NCBI GenBank assembly: GCA_031323845.1
Contig: JAVIYP010000004.1
Span: 14,512-78,511, forward strand
DNA: 64,000 nt
Direction: 5' to 3'
DNA from: Bacteroidales bacterium
GTDB taxonomy: Bacteria; Bacteroidota; Bacteroidia; Bacteroidales; UBA7960
The notes beneath the pieces are model-generated. The model saw only the letters and a program-made list of their open reading frames with translations, was not told the DNA's origin and ran no database searches. Within the stretch, counting starts at the first letter, position 1, and the number at the start of each line of letters is the position of its first letter. Positions 30,008-39,470 of this stretch are shown here, one piece after another. The position numbers and the translations under genes were made by a program.

Positions 30008-30925
30008 ATGCCTTTAAATAATATCAAACCGGCAACACTTTTTTATATGCAACGTACATTCATACTATTTTGTCTCGGCGTTTTGATTCTTTTTATATCA
30101 GGATGCAAGACGGTAACAAAAAACGGCGATACTCCTGTTGTTTCGGTAAGTATTGTGCCGCTTGAGTATTTTATTGACAGGCTCACTGACGGAGCCCTGG
30201 AAACCAACGTGATGATACCGCCCGGGGCCAGTCATGCCACCTATTCTCCCACGGCTGCACAGCTGCAGCGCCTGTCCGATTCGCAACTGTACGTACGGAT
30301 TGGTTATCTCGGGTATGAACAAGCATGGATGGGGCGTTTGAGAGCGATGAACCCGAACATGCGCCTGTTAAATCTTTCAGAGGGAGTCGCGTTGATTCGC
30401 GGAGAGGAAATTGACCATGGCGACCATGTTCACGAAGGCGGCATTGACCCTCACATCTGGATGTCGCCGGCAGTAATGCTCGACCTGCTTCCAACAATCA
30501 AAACCGCACTGGCTGAAACCTATCCCTGGATTTCGGACAGGCTGGACGCCAACTACGAAACCCTGCGAGCCGATGTAGAAGCCATAGATGCCGCCCTGAC
30601 AGAGCTCAGTAACACCTTAAGCCAGAAGCGCTTTATGATCTTTCATCCTGCCTTGACATACCTGGCAAGGGATTACGGCTTCGAACAGATTGCCGTTGAA
30701 AGAGGAGGCAAAGAACCTTCTCCCGCCTTTTTGCGGTATATCATCAGAGAGGCCAGGGCGCACAACATTCCCGTAATCTTCATACAACAGGAGTTCGACA
30801 CGCGCAGCGCACAACTCATCAGCGAGGAAAGCGGCGCAGAACTGGTGCAGATAAACCCGCTTGCCTACGACTGGACAGCAAGCATGCATGAACTGATGAA
30901 CGTTTTTAAAACCTACCTGAAGTGA
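30008..30925 (+). CDS. znuA: Zn/Mn ABC transporter substrate-binding lipoprotein
   Basis: PPGASHATY, His loop DHGDHVHEGGIDPHIW, FHPALTY; the true start may be the downstream ATG (MQRTF). Confidence 0.9.
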   Translation: MPLNNIKPATLFYMQRTFILFCLGVLILFISGCKTVTKNGDTPVVSVSIVPLEYFIDRLTDGALETNVMIPPGASHATYSPTAAQLQRLSDSQLYVRIGYLGYEQAWMGRLRAMNPNMRLLNLSEGVALIRGEEIDHGDHVHEGGIDPHIWMSPAVMLDLLPTIKTALAETYPWISDRLDANYETLRADVEAIDAALTELSNTLSQKRFMIFHPALTYLARDYGFEQIAVERGGKEPSPAFLRYIIREARAHNIPVIFIQQEFDTRSAQLISEESGAELVQINPLAYDWTASMHELMNVFKTYLK

Positions 30926-31668
30926 GCGAAGCCCTTGTCATAGTAGACAACGTAAGAACAGGCTATCAAGCGGAAACCGTGCTGAAAAATGTACACCTTG
31001 AAGTATACCCTGAAGACTTTATCGGCATATTGGGTCCGAATGGCGGTGGTAAAACCACGCTGATGAAGGTGATACTGGGCTTGCTGCCTGTTTTTTCAGG
31101 GAAGGTGCATTTCCCGTCTGGAAGACCGGCTACCGGCTATTTGCCGCAGGTGACCCAGATTGACAAATCCTTTCCCATCACGGTAAAAGAACTGGTAAGT
31201 TCGGGATTGAAAGAACACAATCCCTGGTTTCCCCACCCAAAAGCCTCGCAGCGAAAAAGGCTCCTGCGCATGCTTGACGAGGCCGGTCTTACAGCACTGG
31301 CCGGCAAACCCATAAGCGACCTGAGCGGCGGTCAGCTGCAAAAGGCACTGCTTTGCAGGGCACTGATCAACAATCCGAAACTGCTCATCCTGGACGAACC
31401 CAACACACACGTCGACAAGCAATTCGAACAGGAACTTTACAACTGGCTGCACGAGCTGAACAAGGAAATGGCCATACTGCTTGTATCACACGATATCGGC
31501 ACCATTACACCCCTGGTAAAAACCATTGCCTGTGTAAACGGAACCCTGCATTACCACCCATCCAACCAGCTGACTGAAGAAGTGATGAAGGTATACAACT
31601 GCCCGGTTGACGTCATTGCTCATGGACCAATTCCCCACCGGGTGTTAAAATCGCACGACCATGAGTGA
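30922..31668 (+). CDS. znuC: Metal ABC transporter ATPase
   Basis: Walker A GPNGGGKTT, LSGGQ, ILDEP; GTG start overlaps the znuA stop. Confidence 0.92.
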   Translation: MSEALVIVDNVRTGYQAETVLKNVHLEVYPEDFIGILGPNGGGKTTLMKVILGLLPVFSGKVHFPSGRPATGYLPQVTQIDKSFPITVKELVSSGLKEHNPWFPHPKASQRKRLLRMLDEAGLTALAGKPISDLSGGQLQKALLCRALINNPKLLILDEPNTHVDKQFEQELYNWLHELNKEMAILLVSHDIGTITPLVKTIACVNGTLHYHPSNQLTEEVMKVYNCPVDVIAHGPIPHRVLKSHDHE

Positions 31669-32500
31669 ACTGCTGTCCGTCTTTGAATACCGGTTTTTCC
31701 AAAATGCCGTCATGGCATCAGTTCTTGTCAGCCTGATCGCAGCTTTTGTGGGCACCTATATCGTTTCGCGGAAAATTGTCTTTATCGGAGGCGGTATCAC
31801 ACATGCATCCTTCGGAGGCATAGGCATCGCGTACTTTTTGGGCATCAATCCTTTTGCAGGCGCTGCCGTGTTTGCCGTGCTGACAGCCCTGGGTATCGAA
31901 TGGATCAGCAAACAGGGAAAGGTAAGAGAAGACAGTGCCATTGCCATTCTTTGGTCGCTCGGTATGGCCATTGGCATAATTTTCGTGTTTATGACACCGG
32001 GCTACGCCCCAAACCTGATGAGCTTCCTCTTTGGCAGCATACTCTCTGTAAGCACAACCGACCTCTATCTGCTGCTGGGCTTTTGTATCATACTTGTGAT
32101 GATCTTTTTTGTCTTCTTCAGGCCCATTCTCTATACAGCCTTCGACCCCGAATTTGCTAAAGTAATGGGCCTTCCAGTGGCCGCATTCCGGTACATGATG
32201 TCCGTGATCATTGCCCTGGCCATCGTCATCAGCATACGGTCAATCGGCATCATACTGGTGCTGAGCGTTTTTACAATACCGCAGATCACCGCTATGCTTT
32301 TCAGCAGGAACTTTGCACACATCATACCCCTGGCAGCCCTTTGGGGCATTACAGGCTCGCTTGCCGGACTGATGATCGCTTATATCCTGGATATACCCTC
32401 CGGGGCAAGCATCATCTTCTGTCTCAGCCTGCAATTTCTTGTAATTAAAATCATTATGTTATTAAAAAACAATATGCGCACGAGAGAAAAGAACACATAA
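31661..32500 (+). CDS. znuB: Metal ABC transporter permease
   Basis: ITHASFGG, LFGSIL, FDPEFA; multi-TM. Confidence 0.92.
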   Translation: MSELLSVFEYRFFQNAVMASVLVSLIAAFVGTYIVSRKIVFIGGGITHASFGGIGIAYFLGINPFAGAAVFAVLTALGIEWISKQGKVREDSAIAILWSLGMAIGIIFVFMTPGYAPNLMSFLFGSILSVSTTDLYLLLGFCIILVMIFFVFFRPILYTAFDPEFAKVMGLPVAAFRYMMSVIIALAIVISIRSIGIILVLSVFTIPQITAMLFSRNFAHIIPLAALWGITGSLAGLMIAYILDIPSGASIIFCLSLQFLVIKIIMLLKNNMRTREKNT

Positions 32501-32517
32501 AACACCCATGTCAAAGG

Positions 32518-32900
32518 CCGGAAAACTATTGTTGAATTGTTGAATTGTTGAATTGTTGAATTGTTTAATCGTTTAATCGTTAATTGGTTGGTTTTTTATT
32601 TGTGAAGGATTAGGAGCTGGAAACTCGAAGGAAGTAAAGAGGCTCGAAGCTGGAAGCTGGAAGCTCGAAGGAAGAAAAGGGACTCGAAGCTGGAAGCTGG
32701 AAGCTCGAAGGAAGAAAGAGAGGTCGGAGGTCAGAAATCAGGTTTTCTTGCTAAAAGCAAAAAGCCAAAGGCCAAAAGCGATCAAAATGAAAAGTGAAAA
32801 ATGAAAAATCAACGATTAAACGAATCAACGATTAAACGATTAAACGAATCAACGATTAAACGATTAAACAATAACCTTACATCTGCACATCTGCACATCT
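32518..32900 (+). repeat. Full-length composite element (inverted octamer head, GAAGCTS arrays, A-B-C-D modules)
   Basis: (ttgttgaa)4 head; 35-nt direct repeat at 32643 and 32683; B x3, C x7, D x2. Confidence 0.95.
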
Positions 32901-33005
32901 GTTCAGCATCTTAGACACAAACACAAAACACTGTCAACCAACCACATACGCAAATACAAACACATAAAACCAGTAATCCACGAAAAAATAAAATCATCCC
33001 TTCCA

Positions 33006-33275
33006 ATGAAAAAAAACGCGTTGAATTACCTTATTACACTCACAGCATTTTACCTGATCCTGATTTCAACCACCATCATGGCACAGCGACCCAGCAGTGT
33101 TCCCTATGATAAGGAACCAGTTGGCTTTTTTGACTCCGTTGCCAATATTATTTTCTATATCATCATACCTGCTATTATCATTGTGCTGTACATCATCTGG
33201 CGAAGAAAAATTCGCAAAGAAAAACTGGAATCAGACATCCGGGAGAGCGAAAAAAATGAGGTTGAAAACAGATAG
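33006..33275 (+). CDS. Small membrane protein (89 aa)
   Basis: Signal-like N-terminus, second TM (IIFYIIIPAIIIVLYIIW) followed by basic RRK. Confidence 0.7.
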   Translation: MKKNALNYLITLTAFYLILISTTIMAQRPSSVPYDKEPVGFFDSVANIIFYIIIPAIIIVLYIIWRRKIRKEKLESDIRESEKNEVENR

Positions 33276-33409
33276 GCACAAGCCTTCTAAACTTTAAGCC
33301 CCGTTACGGTGTTACATTTTATTGATAGTGTTCCTTTTATCAATGACTTGTATTCCGTTAACACGCAAACACAAATCAGATTAAATCATCATAATAAAAA
33401 CAGCTATCC

Positions 33410-35461
33410 ATGCAAAGAATGTTACGAACGCTTTTTACGGTAATTTTTTCATTATTTTTCGCAGTAAACTTTTCTGTTGCCCAGATTTATGAGCCCGACG
33501 GCCTGCGCATGCCGGGCACCTGGAACGACTGGACGAACAACACGGACATGGAGGGGGATTTCACCCTCGTGAAGGTCCCCTACATAACTCCAAGGTGGGT
33601 CACAGGCTTCCTCTATACCGAAGCAGCAACCTCCGAATTATTTAAGTTCGTCAGCACCGGTTTCGGTGATCCCTGGTTTAATCAATGGGCCGCCAACGAA
33701 AATGTACAGCTAAACACCCTGAACGACTTTATTTACGGCTCACCTTCCGACCCAAACAACATCATAACACTGACGAGCGGCAAATACTACACCGTTGTTT
33801 TTGAAGACAGCGGCTATGATGACACCCGTGCCGTATTTATGGAAACTCCGGCAGAGCCTGTTGATATGATCAGTGTTTCCGTTCCCGGCGAAGATGTTGG
33901 AATAGACGAACCCGTGCAGGTTACGGTTGAGCTGTCTGAGCTTCCTTCGGATGAAGAAGTTTTTTACATCCGGTACACCACATCGGGATGGGAGCTTTCG
34001 TCCGTTTCAGAACTGAACCTCACCGGAACTTCAGGCACAGCCACCATCCCCGGCCAGCCCGAAGGCAGCATCGTAAACTATTATGCCTTCAGCTCCATTA
34101 TGTCCGGGCTGAGTGATGACATTGACCTTTACACACTGAAACTCAACAACAACAACGGCGCCTTCTACAGTTACCAGGTAGAAGGAGTGTTGCCCTCCTA
34201 CCCCGTCACCTTCACCTTAACGGACTTGAGTGAAAGCTATACCAACATTCATTTCAAAGGTGAGATGACGAACTGGGACACCACACCCATGATACAGGAT
34301 CCTGATTTTTTCTGGTCGCTGACACTGGAGTTGGACCCTGGAAGCTATGAGTGGGGTGCTGTTGAAGATGATGGCAGCGAGTACGGTTTATGGCTCATCG
34401 ACGGACCAAATCTTGTGGTGACCGTTGATTATGATGGCAACGTAAGCGGTGAAACCTCTTATATCATTCCCGAAACCGGGGCCGGCACAGACCCTGTTAT
34501 CGCATGGGCAAATCTTCATCATCCGCCGCAGGGCAGCATTCAGCCTGAAAGCACCTTTATGGTGTATGCCCAGGCCTATATCGAGTCCATGACAGGCGAA
34601 AACGCCGGACAGGAAGAACTCGAAGACCTCAGCACCTGGATCGGCTACAGCACCTCCGACGCCACAAGCCCGGACGACTTCAGCGACGGCTGGACATGGA
34701 TACCCGCAACCCTCGACGCCTACGATCCTGACTTCGGAAACAACAGCCAGTACTCGGTTGATATCGGCAGCGGTATAGCCGAAGAAGGCACGTACTACTA
34801 CGTGAGCCGTTTCCGCCTGGCCGATGATGAATACGTGTACGGCGGCTACTCCCAGCAGGGCGGCGGATTCTGGGACGGCACGGACAATGTTTCAGGATGG
34901 CTGGTAGTGGAGGAGGAAGACCATGAAGTGCTGTTCCCGGTTTCTTTTTCCATCATCGACCTTAGTGAAAGCTATTCCAGCATTCACTTCAAAGGAGAGA
35001 TGACAGGATGGGAAACCATTCCGATGAATGAGGATCCTGCATTTTTCTGGTCACTCACCCTGGAAGTCGCACCGGGGACCTATCAGTGGGGTGTTGTGGA
35101 AGATGACGGCAGCCCCGACGGAATATGGCTTATTGAAGGCCCCAACCTTGTGGTGAGCATTGACCAGGAAGGAAATGTCAGCGGAGATGTGAGTTATACC
35201 ATAAGTACAACGTCCATATATAATGTGGCCGGCCACCAGGTGCTTGTTTACCCGAACCCAGCATCAGACGTGATCACTGTTGAAGCTGGCGGTCTGGGTG
35301 CAAAAATCATCATCAGGGATCTAAACGGACGGGTGGTGAAGGAAGCCCGGATGCAGGCGACCACAACAAGCCTCAGCGTAGACCACCTGCCAACGGGAAG
35401 CTACTTCCTTGAGATACAGTATGGCAATGAGTCGCACCTTTCGATTATCATTAAAAAATAA
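33410..35461 (+). CDS. Non-catalytic T9SS-secreted putative glucan-binding protein
   Basis: N-terminal ~250 aa paralogous to the neighbouring amylase; duplicated HFKGEMTxW..FFWSLTLE..PG.Y.W module; CTD VYPNP. Confidence 0.8.
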   Translation: MQRMLRTLFTVIFSLFFAVNFSVAQIYEPDGLRMPGTWNDWTNNTDMEGDFTLVKVPYITPRWVTGFLYTEAATSELFKFVSTGFGDPWFNQWAANENVQLNTLNDFIYGSPSDPNNIITLTSGKYYTVVFEDSGYDDTRAVFMETPAEPVDMISVSVPGEDVGIDEPVQVTVELSELPSDEEVFYIRYTTSGWELSSVSELNLTGTSGTATIPGQPEGSIVNYYAFSSIMSGLSDDIDLYTLKLNNNNGAFYSYQVEGVLPSYPVTFTLTDLSESYTNIHFKGEMTNWDTTPMIQDPDFFWSLTLELDPGSYEWGAVEDDGSEYGLWLIDGPNLVVTVDYDGNVSGETSYIIPETGAGTDPVIAWANLHHPPQGSIQPESTFMVYAQAYIESMTGENAGQEELEDLSTWIGYSTSDATSPDDFSDGWTWIPATLDAYDPDFGNNSQYSVDIGSGIAEEGTYYYVSRFRLADDEYVYGGYSQQGGGFWDGTDNVSGWLVVEEEDHEVLFPVSFSIIDLSESYSSIHFKGEMTGWETIPMNEDPAFFWSLTLEVAPGTYQWGVVEDDGSPDGIWLIEGPNLVVSIDQEGNVSGDVSYTISTTSIYNVAGHQVLVYPNPASDVITVEAGGLGAKIIIRDLNGRVVKEARMQATTTSLSVDHLPTGSYFLEIQYGNESHLSIIIKK

Positions 35462-35494
35462 CTATTGAAGGCAACCTGATAAAAACACTGACCC

Positions 35495-38400
35495 ATGATC
35501 ATAATCAATAAGTTTTTCAGCATCAATAAGAAAAGAATAAGGCACATACAGGTTTTGTTTGCCATGCTGATCTTATTCCTGGCGACGCCGGGGCTGGCTC
35601 AAATTTACGAACCCGACGGCCTTCGTATGCCGGGCACATGGAATAACTGGACCAACGAGCAGGGTATGGGAGGTGCCTTCGACCTGCAAAAAATCCAGAC
35701 AGGAGCCCCGCGCTGGACAACCACTTTTGAATTCTCAGACAACACCGCTTTCCAGGAATTTAAGTTTGCAAGTACAAGCTTTGGCAACGTCTGGGGAAAT
35801 CAATGGGCCGGCATCCAGGATGTGCAGGTAAACACGTTGACCACGTTTATATACGGCACACCCTCCGACCCGGACAATGGCATTACACTAAGTCCGGGAA
35901 AGTGGTACACTGTGGTTTTTGAAGACAGCGGCTATGAGAACACCCGCGCCATATTTATGGAAACATCAGGCGACCCGGTCAACATAACGGACGTTATCCA
36001 GAACCCTGTTTTGGCCGGTGATATGGAGCCTGTGGCTGTCTCAGCCAGCCTCACAGGACCCCCATCACCCGAAGAAAACTTCTTCCTGGTATATACCATT
36101 GACGGATGGGAGCAATGGCATGTTGTGCCAATGACAGTGTCCGGAAATCAACTTTCGGTTGAGCTGCCCGGACAAGCATCCGGCACCGGGGTGGAATACT
36201 ACCTGTTCAGCTCGGTGATGGAGGCACCTGCTGAAGCTATTGATCTGATCAGCATCCGCACCAATGACAACAACGGCTCCCTGTATGGTTTTACCGTTGA
36301 TCAGGAGATCGATTGTGAAACGCAGTCGGGCCTGATCAGCAGTGTGCCCGCGTTTCCTATGGAAGATGAGCCCGTGACCATTTATTTTAATGCTGCTTTT
36401 GGGAATGGAGGGCTGTTTAATTTTGAAGGTGATGTTTATGCACACACCGGCGTGATCACCAATCTGTCAACCGGGCTGACCGATTGGAGGTATGTAATGA
36501 CGGCCTGGGGTGAAAACACTCCGGAGACAAAAATGCTCAGGCTCGAAGACAACCTTTACAGCCTTAGCATGGACAGCCCGAGAGAGTTTTACGGCGTGCC
36601 TGCATCCGAACAGATTGAAAGGCTGGCCTTCGTTTTTCGGAGCGATGAAGAACATCCCGACGGCTATTACCTTGAGCATAAAAACGCCGACGGCTCCGAC
36701 ATCTTTGTAGGTATTTACGAGCTTTCGCTAAATGTAAAAATTACCAGTCCTGACCGACGTGCTCCGCTTGCAAGTCCCAATACGCTTATTCCGATTTGTG
36801 TGGAAGCCCTTGAAAACGAGGTGCTTAAACTCTACCTGAATGACGAACTGCTGGTGAGCGAAAATACCGGCTCGCTTTCCTACCCCCTCGTGCTTCAGGG
36901 ACTTGAGTCGGGCTCGCACTGGATAGTAGCGGTAGCTGAATCAGGCGGCGAAGAAGCGAGGGATTCCGTAAACATTTTTCTCAGGCCACCTGTTGAGGTA
37001 GTAGCCTTGCCGGAAGGCATGCGTAACGGCATCAATTATGTGGATGACAACACGGTAACCCTCGTGCTGCATGATCCTCCGGGACAGAAACAATTCGTTT
37101 TTGCCATCGGGGAATACAGCAACTGGTTGCCAACGGAAGACAATTACATGAAGCGAACCCCTGACGGCACCCGCTACTGGGTTACGATCACCGGGCTGGA
37201 AGCCGGACAGGAATATGCCTTTCAATACCTTATTGATGGTAATCTGAAGCTGGCCGACCCTTATGCCGAAAAGATCCTTGACCCGTGGAACGATCCCTGG
37301 ATTCCGGCAACCACGTATCCCGACCTTAAACCTTATCCCTTTGATAAAACCACAGGCATCGTCAGTGTAATGCATCCCGGCCGCCAGCCCTATACATGGC
37401 AGATACCCGATTTTACTCCTCCGGCATTGAACGAAACCCAGTCCGATCTGTTGATTTACGAACTGTTGATCAGGGATTTTGTTGAAACCCGAAACATTGC
37501 CGATGTACAGGAAAAACTGGGTTATCTGAAAGATCTGGGCGTCAATGCTGTGCAGCTGATGCCCATTATTGAATTTGACGGCAATGAAAGCTGGGGGTAT
37601 GCACCTAACTTTTTCTTTGCCACAGACAAATACTACGGTACACGGCAAGCCTACAAAGAGTTCATCGATGCCGCGCATGCAATGGATATGGCCGTTATTC
37701 TCGACATCGTTCCCAACCATGCCTTCGGACAGAGCCCCATGGTGCTGATGTATTTTGACCCCGATGCGGGAGACCACGGACAACCCCTGCCCCAAAACCC
37801 ATGGTTCAACATGCAGGCACCCCACCCGTACAGTGTCGGTTATGACTTTAATCATGAAAGTCCTTACACCCGCGAGTTTTTCAAAGAAGTGTTCAGTTAC
37901 TGGCTGACCGAGTTTAAGGTGGACGGCTTCCGTATCGACCTGTCCAAAGGGCTTACTCAAACTTATTCAGGTGATGACATGGGGGCATGGAGCACTTATG
38001 ATCAAAGCCGTATTGATATTCTCACCGATTATTATCATCACATAAAAGCAGTGAGTCCCAATGCATATGTGATCCTGGAGCATTTTGCCGCTAATGATGA
38101 GGAAACCGTGCTTGCCAATACCGGTATGCTGCTGTGGAGTGCGATGCATGAACGTTATCAGCAGGTGGCCATGGGATGGGAACAACAGTCGGACCTTTCA
38201 TGGGCGTATCATGGAAGCCGCGGATGGAGTTATCCCAACCTGATCGACTATATGGAAAACCACGATGAGGAACGGCTCATGTATAACGCACTCACCTACG
38301 GAAATGCTTCAAATGCCTATAACCTTAACGATACTGCAACGGCACTGCGCCACATGGAACAAGCCCACGTGCTGTTTCTGGGCATCCCCGGTCCAAAAAT

Positions 38401-39313
38401 GCTGTGGCAGTTCCAGGAACTTGGCTATGATTACAGCATCTTCTATGGTGGCGACCGTCTCGCTCCAAAGCCTGTACGATGGGATTATGCCGACAGTGAA
38501 GAGCGGGAGCGTATACACCGCATTATCGGCGGTATGGCCAGGCTTAGAAAAAGTGACGCCTTTCGTTTCGGAAGTTTCAGCCATGACCTCGGCGGACTCG
38601 GCAAACGCATGTGGATCACCCATGCTGACATGGACGTGGTAATTGCTGCGAACATGGGCGTTGACGGGTTTGACATGCAGCCGGGCTTCACAAACACAGG
38701 TACCTGGCATGACTACTTCAGCGGTGAATCGTTTGAAGTGACCAACCCGGCAAGCCACACACTGCATTTCGGTCCCGGAGATTATCGTGTTTTTACCTCT
38801 GTTCCGCTGCCCAAGCCCTTCCATCAGCTCACCATAGTTACCATTAGCGATGCCACCGATGAGCTCATAGAAGGTGTTACTCTCAGCATGACGAATGCCG
38901 GCAGGAGAATCACCAACCACCTGGGTACGGCCAGCTATCTCGCACTGCCTCAAACAGTAACCATAACCGCAGAAAAAGAGGGGTGGATAAGCCAATCGGT
39001 TGATGTTGAAGTGGAAAACGATATGGAACTGACCATCCGGATGAAATCAGACGATGACGAAACCGGCCTTGAAGAAACAGCCGGCACAATCCCTGTCGTC
39101 ATTTATCCAAACCCCGCAAACCGCATCATAACCATTGAAAACGGAAGGGGTAAACTGCTTCAGATTTATGGCGTTGACGGACGATTATATGTGCAGAAGC
39201 ACATTGTTCATAACGAACAACAGGTCAATGTGCAAAAACTCAGAAAAGGCGTATATGTAGTGCGGATTCTTGGTGATCATATTCAAGAATCAAGACGTTT
39301 GATCATTCATTAA
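35495..39313 (+). CDS. T9SS-secreted GH13 alpha-amylase-family enzyme with CBM48-like module
   Basis: Catalytic triad DGFRIDLSK, ILEHF, ENHDEER; QLMPI..WGY; CTD IYPNP. Confidence 0.93.
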   Translation: MIIINKFFSINKKRIRHIQVLFAMLILFLATPGLAQIYEPDGLRMPGTWNNWTNEQGMGGAFDLQKIQTGAPRWTTTFEFSDNTAFQEFKFASTSFGNVWGNQWAGIQDVQVNTLTTFIYGTPSDPDNGITLSPGKWYTVVFEDSGYENTRAIFMETSGDPVNITDVIQNPVLAGDMEPVAVSASLTGPPSPEENFFLVYTIDGWEQWHVVPMTVSGNQLSVELPGQASGTGVEYYLFSSVMEAPAEAIDLISIRTNDNNGSLYGFTVDQEIDCETQSGLISSVPAFPMEDEPVTIYFNAAFGNGGLFNFEGDVYAHTGVITNLSTGLTDWRYVMTAWGENTPETKMLRLEDNLYSLSMDSPREFYGVPASEQIERLAFVFRSDEEHPDGYYLEHKNADGSDIFVGIYELSLNVKITSPDRRAPLASPNTLIPICVEALENEVLKLYLNDELLVSENTGSLSYPLVLQGLESGSHWIVAVAESGGEEARDSVNIFLRPPVEVVALPEGMRNGINYVDDNTVTLVLHDPPGQKQFVFAIGEYSNWLPTEDNYMKRTPDGTRYWVTITGLEAGQEYAFQYLIDGNLKLADPYAEKILDPWNDPWIPATTYPDLKPYPFDKTTGIVSVMHPGRQPYTWQIPDFTPPALNETQSDLLIYELLIRDFVETRNIADVQEKLGYLKDLGVNAVQLMPIIEFDGNESWGYAPNFFFATDKYYGTRQAYKEFIDAAHAMDMAVILDIVPNHAFGQSPMVLMYFDPDAGDHGQPLPQNPWFNMQAPHPYSVGYDFNHESPYTREFFKEVFSYWLTEFKVDGFRIDLSKGLTQTYSGDDMGAWSTYDQSRIDILTDYYHHIKAVSPNAYVILEHFAANDEETVLANTGMLLWSAMHERYQQVAMGWEQQSDLSWAYHGSRGWSYPNLIDYMENHDEERLMYNALTYGNASNAYNLNDTATALRHMEQAHVLFLGIPGPKMLWQFQELGYDYSIFYGGDRLAPKPVRWDYADSEERERIHRIIGGMARLRKSDAFRFGSFSHDLGGLGKRMWITHADMDVVIAANMGVDGFDMQPGFTNTGTWHDYFSGESFEVTNPASHTLHFGPGDYRVFTSVPLPKPFHQLTIVTISDATDELIEGVTLSMTNAGRRITNHLGTASYLALPQTVTITAEKEGWISQSVDVEVENDMELTIRMKSDDDETGLEETAGTIPVVIYPNPANRIITIENGRGKLLQIYGVDGRLYVQKHIVHNEQQVNVQKLRKGVYVVRILGDHIQESRRLIIH

Positions 39314-39470
39314 TTATCACCTATACCACTGTTTTACAAAGTTTTACATTTGATTTTTATTCCTTCGCACAAGGATATTGAAAATTTAACAAATAAATAC
39401 ACGCTTCAATATTTTTTTTGTTATATATTAGCAGCTTCGGAGACTTGTGTTATCTTTTACCTGATTTGTT

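Noticed and set aside
32643-32717. 35-nt direct repeat with 40-nt period (CRISPR-like)
   Set aside because: Only two copies, a 5-nt gap, built from GAAGCTS heptamers, no cas genes; it is part of the composite element
36941-37960. Long antisense ORFs (339 aa here; also 44337-45119 and 59481-60314)
   Set aside because: Shadow frames opposite well-supported GC-rich genes
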